A program made the translations under genes and the position numbers. From Octopus bimaculoides (lineage: Eukaryota), in assembly GCF_001194135.2 (NCBI RefSeq), contig NC_068984.1, positions 60,354,801-60,418,800 on the forward strand: a DNA stretch of 64,000 nucleotides. The letters are read 5' to 3'. Shown in pieces: positions 53,945-64,000 of this stretch; within the stretch, counting starts at the first letter, position 1; every line of letters begins with the position of its first letter. The notes below the pieces were generated by a model. The model saw only the letters and a program-made list of their open reading frames with translations, did not search any database and was not told where the DNA came from.

Positions 53945-54500
53945 TAAGAAGCAGGAATGGCTGTGTGGTAAGAAGTTTGCTTCCCAACCACATGGGTTTG
54001 GGTTCAATCACATCGAATGACACCTTGGGCAAGTATCTTCTATTGTTGCTCTGAACAGACCAAAGCCATGGAAACTGAAAGAAGCTTGCTGTATATAAAT
54101 GTATATGATTGTATGTGTTACTGACTCATTGCCTTGATTTTGTGTGATAGTTGTAAATGAGTGTATCCGTCATGCGAGCTGCATCCTTTGTTTCCAATAT
54201 TTTGGGAATATGTATTTGGCTGTGGGGAAATATTATCTTCTGCCCATACACATTAAAGGCACCCATGCCAGTGACACATAAAGGCACCCAGTACACTCTG
54301 TGGAGTGGTTGGCCTTAGGAAGGCTGTCAAGCTGTAGAAACCAGGCCAAAACAGACTGGTACCTGGTGTAGCTCTCCGGCTTACCAGTTCCAATTAAACT
54401 GTCTAACCCATGCCAGCATGGAAAATAGATATTAAATGATGATGATGATTAGAAACAGGCATCAGCCATAGAAAAATCTGCTTCAACAAATTAAAGTGAG
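53945..54500 (+). mobile_element. SINE family F interrupted by an RTE 3' end (54258-54450)
   Basis: F body to ~54240, RTE UTR with (GAT)n, then F tail remnant. Confidence 0.7.
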
Positions 54501-54534
54501 ATGATGATGATGATGATGATGATGATGGGTGTGT

Positions 54535-54567
<33 letters not shown>

Positions 54568-55217
54568 TGTATTTATTTGTATATTATACATCAACACAGT
54601 TTGTATTACCGTCATTTATACAATATATTCAGTTTAAACCTTTGTCTGACATATGTTTCTACTGCATGGATATCTTGCAATGTGGTTTTTATTTGCTTTC
54701 TGTTGGTTCATCTGCATCCAGATTTGATTCTGCTTGATGTATAATTTTCCTTATTTATTTGAATTGTCTTGAATATACTATTAATAAGCTGTTTACAATT
54801 CAAAGAAGTGAACTCAGGATTTACCCATTGGTAGAAATACATTGGGATTGTCTACCTTAAATAGTACTAGTTTATTCCATATCATTTGATGCAGTTAGCC
54901 AGAACTTGGATTATACTAGACTCCTTGAACAATACCTACCTGATATATTATCCCTGGATATATTATCCTTGGCTTACACAAGATCAAAATTGGCAGCCAA
55001 ATCGCTGAAATCTGAGGATATTAGAGATCTCCCCAAAGCTTCCAATCATGATAAATAGATATGAATCTCTTATTAATGCTTTCCCCGAAATGGGACAAAA
55101 AACACAGATTTATAGAGAAATGAACCTTTCATAAACTTATAAATATCTAATTATCAAATTGGAAGCATTATCAGAAAAGCCATTTCTATTCATTTTTTTC
55201 AAATATATACATATATA

Positions 55218-55494
55218 CAATAATACCTCACTTTATGAGGACCCGCTTTATGAGACCCTGGGTTTACAAGTTTTATTTTATTATAAATATAAAAGGTTAA
55301 ACAGCCATTTTGTGTGTGTGTGGCAATGTTGCAATATGTTGCAACACTGGTTCTGATGTATCTACACAGCAACGGAGTAAAGTGACGGCATAAAATTTCA
55401 TTGCTACCATGGGAAATTATTACTCTGCTTTATGAAGTTTTGCTTTACGAGTGGTCTCCAGGAACAAATTAACTCGTATATCAAAACATTATTG
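55218..55494. mobile_element. Tigger/pogo-type MITE
   Basis: TA|CAATAATACCTCACTTTATGAG...CTCGTATATCAAAACATTATTG|TA degenerate TIRs. Confidence 0.65.
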
Positions 55495-55500
55495 TATATA

Positions 55501-56038
55501 CAGGGTGAACCAAAATTAGTGCCCCAACTTGAGTTTTTGAAAATCCAATGATTTCGTAGGTACTGATGGAGGAAGTTTCTTACACGTTTGTCATAATGAG
55601 GAAGTGCTCCATCTTGCACGAAGATTTTGGAATGACGGTATCAAAAATATGGCCAGATGATGTTTTCACACCTACCAGGTAATGATCATCATTCATTGTC
55701 TCTCGTTGAATATGGAATGCACAAATTCCTGAAGACTATATTGCTGCCCAAATGACAAGAGAAGGTGAATTGATGTGCTTTTCTCAAACCACTTCAGAGT
55801 CATCTGTTGTTATGGCGGTTGATGTGACAAGAAACATGGAAGATCACTTCATCAGAGAAAATGAGTTGATCAAAATATCCTGAATGTCTGGCTTCTGCCA
55901 GCATTATCTCACAAAATTTGACATTTCGAATAATCAATGGCATATAGAAATAATAACAGCATGCATCAAGAAACTACAGAACTGATAGACACATAATTGG
56001 GACACATAAAGTTGGGGCACTAATTTTGGCCCACCCTG
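55501..56038 (-). mobile_element. internally deleted Tc1/mariner-superfamily element
   Basis: TA-flanked 30-bp TIRs CAGGGTG(AA/GG)CCAAAATTAGTGCCCCAACTT. Residual QDGALPHYDKRVRNFL matches QQDGAPPH. Confidence 0.9.
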
Positions 56039-56884
56039 TATAAGATATCAGAAGACATTTGCCTAAGTTACTGTACAGTGATTTTGAACGTGAAGCCATA
56101 TATGGTTGTAAAATGGAATTCTTAACCACACAGCCATGCCAGTGCCTATATGTATACAAGGGCAATAGATTGACAAGATCAAAGGAAGTCAGACTACATG
56201 CTTTGTAGTATCTAATTGAATTCTGCGTTTAATTACACTGCAGTTGACTTTGTTTCTCATTCTTCTAAAGTCTATAAAATAAAGTACCTGTTATATATTG
56301 GCTGAATATAGTCTTTCTCCTAAAAGTTATACCCTTGTGCCACTGTTAGAAATATATATGCAAATTTATGTTAAAAAGTTAATCCCTTCTGAATTAGAAT
56401 AATCCAAATGACCTGGTATTTATTTCCGATTTCTGTTGGATTAAGTGAGGATGAGAGACAACATTCTCCTACATAGAATACTAGTCTCTCATGGGAAACC
56501 TTTCAGACTGTGGCAGTTGAACTTGCCATGGCAAACTATCAAATCACTCAACAAATCAGCAATGCTGCTATTTGCTACAATGATGAGCTGTTCCTCCCTA
56601 CTTAAATGTATTTATTTAAATCTATTTATCGAGATATATGTATAGGTGTCAATTGATACACATGTGTGCACACATGCGTATGCACATACACACACACATA
56701 CACATGCGTGTGTGTGAGTGTATGTGTCTGCGCATGCGCGCATGTGTGTCTGTGTGTGGTCTCTCATTTGCATCTATCTATATAAATGCAGATGATGAGA
56801 GATAAAAACTTCTTAGGTTAGGATGCCATTCTGCTGCTGGCAGTATTCCTAAATGCCAGATATTCCTGGTCAAGCTGCTATATG

Positions 56885-56923
<39 letters not shown>

Positions 56924-59389
56924 NNNNNNNNNNNNNNNNNNNNNNNNNNNNNNNNNNNNNNNNNNNNNNNNNNNNNNNNNNNNNNNNNNNNNNNNNNNNN
57001 NTATGTATATATGTTTGTGTACACAAACATACATTTCAACTAAATCTTCTTTCAGTTATTTTCTTCTAGTGAGAGATTTTTTTTTACTGAAATGTTTTAG
57101 CTCCTGTTTGAGAGTAGTCAATTTATATTCAGGTTTCATTTTTGTTATCATCTCTGTTCATTTTCTCCATTTTCTTCTTCAGTTCTTTTTGGTTAGAAGT
57201 GTAGCTATTTATTTTGTTGCATTTGATATCATCAAATTTGTTGACATTTCTTTTATTATTTTGTCTTTGTTTACTTCTTTGGTGTGCTCATAATGCTGTT
57301 TAGCATTTGTGGAGAGGGAATATAAACAGGTGTTTATTTGCCGGAATGATGGTTCATTACACTGTTGCAAATTGTTCTCTCCCCTTATCATTAATCTTTC
57401 TCTCTATCATTAATTACTATCAATATTAGTCAACTACGGTTTGCGTTGCAGAGAAATTTTAAAACTGAAATACTCTTTCATGAAAGACATTTCATTAAAA
57501 ATACATTTCCCTTTCATATTCTGTGCTCTTTCAGTTCATAATTTATTTGCTATTTATTGCTATGATCACAGGCAGCTAAATGAGAATGGTGGACCTTACT
57601 GAATTGTAGCAGTAGGATTCTGCTCTGGTCACACATAATATTGGCTTGCCTGTTTTAGGAATGTTTGTTTACTGTTTTTTTGTGCAATGTTTTCACTGCT
57701 GAGAAGAAAATTACAATCACTGACCCTCATATTACATTAAAACGATGTTGGTTGTTATTGTAATTGTTTTCTCATGAAATAAATCTAACTGTCTGGTTAA
57801 AGTTTGTTGCAGTATATTTTCATTTTATTCCTACAGAAGGATATGTTTTTTGCCATTTTACAGCAATTACATAAGTCATTATTGAGTTCACCACTCCAAG
57901 AATAATGTAATTTATAATTTCAAATAATTTTAATTTCTTCTCAAACTACAACTGATAAGATTGTATTTTCCTTTTTCAATGTTGTTTTTCCTTCATTTCA
58001 TCTCTGATGTTAATGCTGCTATGTCCAGCCATATTACTTGTAGTAATTTTCTGCATGGCAAATTCAGGTTTTGAATGAATGAAAGCTTTCTTTAGTGCAT
58101 GTAATCAGAAGAAAAGCTGGTTATTTAACACGCTGTGATATTAATGCTGGAGATAATATTCATTGTAAATTCAATGAATAGTCTCCTGCATCAAGCATAT
58201 GGCTCTTCCCACTGAATATCATGTAGTCTGTCTGTCTGTTTGTCTTTATCTATGTATGTGTTTGTGTGTGCGCATGTAAGTGTGTATATATGTTATTTGC
58301 ATGAACACATATCATTGCATGCATGAATCTGTATGTTTTTGACTGATGCACATGTATGCATATACACATGTTTGTCTAGCTATGTGTTATGTGTATGTAA
58401 GTGTATGTATGTATGCATATTGGTGTATGTATGTATGCATGTTGATGAATGTATGTATCTGTGTTTATGTATGTACAGTATCAGATCTCTCTGCATGCTA
58501 CAGGTGATGCACAATCCAGTTTCACCTATTACATAGGTTATTGATAAATAAACTGGCACCTTACCAGCCTAGCTTGGTGAGAAGGGCTGCTAGAAGCCCA
58601 GGAAGACAAAATCAAGATCTAGCAAAAGGACAGATAAACCCAGCATAGCGTCTGTGAACAACTAGTAATAGTGTGAAGAGGCACAAAAATACTTGAAATA
58701 GCAAATGAGTATGTTGTAAAACCTCTAATCATTGTCTGAACATTTATGTAAGAAGAAGATGGAAAATTATGATGTCAAACCTGAGGATGAGTCAGTTACT
58801 GGTTGTCCTAAGCCATCTCAGGCTACTGAAAGGAAGGCTTTTGTCTGTGGGTTTTATACATTTCATTCATTTCGATCAGTCGCAACACACAGAGACTTCT
58901 TTGGACCACAAATGGACAACAGATCAGATGTTTTGTAAATGGTCGTTGTCTTTGCAATTGCTGCATCATACCTATCTGCTATGATGATTTACTGCCACTC
59001 CCATAATTCTCTAGCTCATAAGGGCACAGAGTAGGGGTAACATAAAGTGGTGTATTTGCATTAAACTCTTCTGTCCCTACTGAACTCCCAGGTCTTGTTG
59101 GAATTGTCATCAGTGCTTCTGTAACGTTGTTTTTTTTTTCCAGATAGAATTGTTGACACTCAGAAACCCATTTTTAGCTCTGGGAAGAGATGGTCCACAT
59201 ATAGCCTGGTCCCTATCCTTTGACCTCTCTAGCATTGTATCAAGAGCTTGTGCTTTACTCTGAGTCATAGAAATATATAACCTACCACACTGTAATAATG
59301 ATTTGATCTTGTGAGGTAACATTGGTGGTAACAGTCATGATTTTCTGGTCACCTATGTAACTGAGTACTTTGTTGTGGCTGCTGTTTAA

Positions 59390-60126
59390 CCCTTTAGCAA
59401 TCAGATTATTTTGTTGAAAGTAATGCTTATTTATTCCATCAGATGTTGTACGCAAGAGAGAAGACTGTGCTGGTTTGGTCATGTGATGTACATGGATGAG
59501 GACAGCTGCATAAAGAAGTGCTGAGCTGTGGCGGGAACCTGTAGAAGGGGTAGACGTGGGATGATGTGGTAAGAAAGGATTTTCAAATGCTGGACCTCAC
59601 TGAGTAAATGACAAGGGACCAGGAGTCGTGGTGATTTGCTGTACTTGAGCAGATATGTCAAGCCAAGTAAAATCGCTGCCTTCCATACATACAGGGTTGT
59701 CCTTTGCAGGTGCTGGTGCCACATAGCATGCACTCGTGCTAATGCTGTGTAAACACACCCATTCCAGTAGCATGTAGAAAGCACCCATCACACTCTGTAA
59801 AGTGGTTGGCATTAGGAAGGGCATCCAGCTGTAGAAACTATGCCAAAACAAACAATTGGAGTTCCTCAGCTGACCAACTCCTGTCAAACCATCCAACCTA
59901 GGCCAACATGGACAACGGATGCTAAACGATGATGATGATGATGATGATGATGATGACGACGTTTTGAATTAATCATGCATTATCTTATAGCTTTGTGATT
60001 TCAATGATGTAATTGTATATTTTTAGAAAGACATTGTAGGGTAGGTGTAAGAGGCCATTCTTGTCAGTCTGAAGATAAAACAATAGAATATTTGGGTCAG
60101 ATATGGTCAGTTTAAATGCTAAAGGG
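59390..60126. mobile_element. piggyBac-type MITE 2 copy split by an RTE insertion
   Basis: TTAA|CCCTTTAGCA at 59386 and TGCTAAAGGG|TTAA ending 60130. Confidence 0.85.
59439..59960 (+). mobile_element. 5'-truncated RTE LINE (C-terminal coding plus 3' UTR)
   Basis: ERRLCWFGHVMYMDEDSCIKKC..RRGR..WDDVVRKDF..AVLEQICQAK*, then the family UTR and (GAT)n. Confidence 0.9.
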
Positions 60127-60696
60127 TTAAGAAGTTTGATAGAATTCTAAGAAGTGATTGTTCTTGGACACGAATTGATTGCCATGATTACTGCCAACTC
60201 TGCCACCACTACCATACCATCACTACCATCAATATTATGCTACCCTACCACCGTCACTATCACTACCACCTCCACCACACCACTACCACCACCATCACTA
60301 CCATCATCACAACCATCACCACCATCACTGTCACTATCACCACTACCATTGCTGCCACCACCACTGCCACTGCTGCCGCCACCGCCACCACAACCTTTAC
60401 ATAATATAGGCAAAACTTCTAGAATGTTTTAACATAATTTTCCAGTTCATCAGTGGCGTGTCATTTTTCTGTTCTAATTATTCCTGTCTTTTCTCATTTT
60501 GAGAAGAGAAGCCTAGCTTCTCAAAATTGGTACTGAGGTAGATGGTTACATAATCTCCAATAATCACAGGTAAATATATAAAATTATTTTCTGGTATGTG
60601 TATATTCTTCTGTGTATATGTCTGTGTGTGTATGTTGGATTTTTTTTTGCTGTGTATATTTGCATATGTATGTATATGTTCATGTATGAGTGTGTT

Positions 60697-60773
<77 letters not shown>

Positions 60774-60940
60774 NNNNNNNNNNNNNNNNNNNNNNNNNNN
60801 NNNNNNNNNNNNNNNNNNNNNNNNNNNNNNNNNNNNNNNNNNNNNNNNNNNNNNNNNNNNNNNNNNNNNNNNNNNNNNNNNNNNNNNNNNNNNNNNNNNN
60901 NNNNNNNNNNNNNNNNNNNNNNNNNNNNNNNNNNNNNNNN

Positions 60941-61000
<60 letters not shown>

Positions 61001-61486
61001 TCACTTCACATACACACACTTTATCAAAGATGCAGTCTTAAATCACTTATTCAACTAGAGTAGAATTCTTTGAGTAAAATCATCAAAGAAAGAAAGAAGG
61101 AAAGAAAGAAATCAAGAAAATAGGGAAGAAAGAGATAAGAAGGAGGAAGAGTTAATAAAATCATGAACCAAAATAAGATTAATATAACAGGAATACGGAA
61201 ATGACAGATTTTTCAAGATTTATCCGTCTTCATAAATGCAGATACTTACCTGATGTGTATGTTGTAATAAAAGTGTGTGTGTGTGTGTGTGTGTTTGTGT
61301 GCGCGCGCGCACACGCGCATGTGTGTGTGTGTGTATAATACACGCACGCATACAGACTTATATGTTCTTTTTGTCTCTATACACATACACTATCATATTC
61401 ATGTAGATGATGTAAAAGACATTTTCTCAAAGTTAGAGTGCCTGAGAAATGATGTTGATAATAATGATGATGAAAACAACAACAAC

Positions 61487-61518
<32 letters not shown>

Positions 61519-61671
61519 CATTTGCCACAAGGGCCAAAGCTTTGCAGAGTGTACAAATGTGAAATAGATAAGAAACCAAAGAAAATATTGAACGGCGAAG
61601 GTATTTCCATGGAGTAAATGGGGGAAATCAGCATTATCAGTAAAGACACCATTAATACATACATGATAATA

Positions 61672-61705
<34 letters not shown>

Positions 61706-62513
61706 TTATCTATATATATATATATATCTATATACTCCGGTATATANNNNNNNNNNTCGAATTGCTGTTTTTGACATACAGAGTATCAAAAGATTCAGTA
61801 AGCTTTTGGCTACCAACTAAACTATATTTTCATTCACTTATTTGCATTACAAAAATTTAAGATTATCATTTTTCTTTTCGTCACCTATCGTAAATGACAT
61901 CTTTTACCACCACTACCACAATGACAATGATGTCATATTTTCTATATGTGTTCGTGTGTTCATTACGTATGTTAGGCTGATGACTAACAAGTATACGTGT
62001 GTGATGGTGTTTGTGTCTGTCAGTATACATTTATTTTTGTGGCGACTGACACACACACACACACACACACACACATCTAAAGACACAGACTGCCACACAC
62101 AGAGACAGTGATAGACTTGAGGTCTGTGTTAATGTATGTCTTTGCGCGTGTGTATGTGTTTGTGCGTGTGTCTTAGTATATGTGTGTGACTTTCCCCCTA
62201 CCCAACAGGGAAACGCGCTGATATTGAAAGTTACAATGACTAGGTTTCATCAGAAAGTGAAAATAGTTTCACACTTTCAATTTCAACCAAAATTACAGTG
62301 TTCGATGTGTGAATAATGAAAGTAATGTTTCTCCGAATTAGTTACATCTGTATTATAATAAAGACAGTTACTTAGACGATCTTTCGTTTTGACTTGCAGA
62401 GCTGTCATCTACATTCGTTAAATTCCATAAAAAAAAATTTTGTTTACTTTTGTTTTAAAGTGAAAGAGAGGAGAAAACGAAAAATGTATGTATGTGTATA
62501 TGAAATGGACGTA

Positions 62514-62565
<52 letters not shown>

Positions 62566-62690
62566 AGGAAGAGAGAAAGATAGAGAGAGAGAGGAGAAGA
62601 GAGAGAGAAAGAGAGAGAGACTGAAGGGGTGTGTTGTCATGTATATGCACATACATCAATACATATGCATGCATCTTTTTTGTATGTACA

Positions 62691-62735
<45 letters not shown>

Positions 62736-62829
62736 GTGAGTGAACATGTGTGATTTCATGTATGTGTAAGTGGCACTCACTCACTCTCTCTCACACACAC
62801 GTCCATTTCATGTACACATACATACATCT

Positions 62830-62956
62830 TTCACTTTCTTCTCTCTTTCACTTTCTTCTCTCTTTCATTTTCTTCTCTCTTTCACTTTCTTCTCTCTTTC
62901 ACATTCTTCTCTCTTTCACTTTCTTCTCTCTTTCACTTTCTTCTCTCTTTCACTTT
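62830..62956. repeat. 17-bp minisatellite TTCACTTTCTTCTCTCT, about 7.5 copies
   Basis: Direct reading. Confidence 0.95.
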
Positions 62957-63421
62957 AAAACAAAAGTAAATAAATAAAACTTTTTTACAGAAATTAACGA
63001 ACAAAACAGCTGTTCCAGATGACAGTTCATTGACAACTTTGAGAGTTTTAAGGAAACATTGCCACTGCTTATTATCTATCTACCAAATAAACTATGTTTT
63101 CCACTCAACAACTCTTTTTTTACAACTAAAATAACCTCAGCCACTACTCAGGTTGCATATTTTTGAGGTCTAGACTGGATCTAGATGGTTTGAACATAGA
63201 ACACATAGAATATTTGGGCAGGATATGATCAGTTTCATTGCTGAAGCAAAACATTTGAATGTACTCATCTTTTGTTCACCCACACTTAAATCTCACCTTC
63301 ATTAGTTAACAGCAGCATTGGTGTTAATATTTATAGTCACTGGAAATAAAGCACATTTCTGGTTAAGTTTATTCCTGAAACTGGATAATTGTTATTTCAT
63401 GTAACATGAACTTCAGTATTT

Positions 63422-63703
63422 CGTTTTTGGATTTGGTTTGCAAGATTTTTTATGTGATTTCGTGTGTTGAAGCATATTCTGTTGTGTCTGGGGAGAGTCA
63501 TTTTCTTATTGTGCCTTAAAATTTAACACACTCACTGGTAAAATTTCCACTTATTTCTTATTTTTATTTTCCTAAGATTTTCATTGCGTCTTGCAAACGA
63601 AAATTTTAGGAAAATAAAAATAAGAAATAAGTGGAAATTTTACCGGTGAGTGTGTTAAATTTTAAGGCACAATAAGAAAATGACTCTCCCCAGACACAAC
63701 AGA
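63422..63703. mobile_element. insertion with 107-bp inverted arms and 16-bp TSD, probably Penelope-like
   Basis: Arms 63476-63582 and 63599-63705 (2 mismatches). Direct repeat ATGAACTTCAGTATTT at 63406-63421 and 63704-63719. Confidence 0.75.
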
Positions 63704-63825
63704 ATGAACTTCAGTATTTATACCCTAAACTCCAACAACACTCCTCTATATGTAATATCAGTTATCACAATTGGAATCAGTGATTTTTTTCATTAATATT
63801 GCACTTGCTTTTCCCTTTCAGTGTT

Positions 63826-63860
<35 letters not shown>

Positions 63861-64000
63861 TTTTCAAATAATAAATTCCAATCCTTTTCCTAGATCTGAC
63901 TACTACAAATGAAATACAGATAAACATGCACACACATGTATGTGCACGCACACACACACACACACACATATCACTATCATATATGTGAACCTATATATAT

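Noticed and set aside
57050-59380. Coding-looking stretches
   Set aside because: Frequent stops in all frames and no motif I can name; possibly very old TE debris.
1011-61063. Long ORFs of 100-357 aa containing X runs
   Set aside because: They span N gaps and are open only because N codons are not stops.
1069-61756. Association of gaps with (TA)n/(CA)n/(CAT)n
   Set aside because: Expected short-read assembly behaviour, not biology.
35550-62956. CRISPR-like arrays (135-bp and 17-bp repeats)
   Set aside because: Head-to-tail tandem repeats without unique spacers, in a eukaryotic context with no cas genes.
1693-62977. ORFs rich in HT/YI/CV/poly-V/poly-I/poly-L repeats
   Set aside because: They are translations of di-, tri- and tetranucleotide microsatellites.

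Overview
AT-rich, repeat-saturated eukaryotic DNA with many N gaps, almost all bordered by microsatellites. The repeat families resemble those I recall from octopod cephalopods such as Octopus (inference, not searched). No recognisable intact host gene, rRNA, true tRNA or CRISPR array is present, and most tracked ORFs are microsatellite or N-run artefacts. Supportable content: several tRNA-headed SINE families, RTE LINE fragments, R4/Dong-type RLE LINE fragments in (TAA)n tracts, a full-length dead mariner, Tc1/pogo/piggyBac/hAT-type MITEs and many nested insertions. The more unusual signals are a Penelope-type minimal hammerhead ribozyme motif (31.1 kb), an old ~0.85 kb inverted duplication (13.3-16.4 kb), three long hairpins (two at 32.1-32.7 kb, one at 63.5 kb), repeated hairpin/pseudoknot modules in the RTE 3' UTR, and a weak, unidentified chain of phase-compatible minus-strand exons. 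I found no convincing new protein-coding system.
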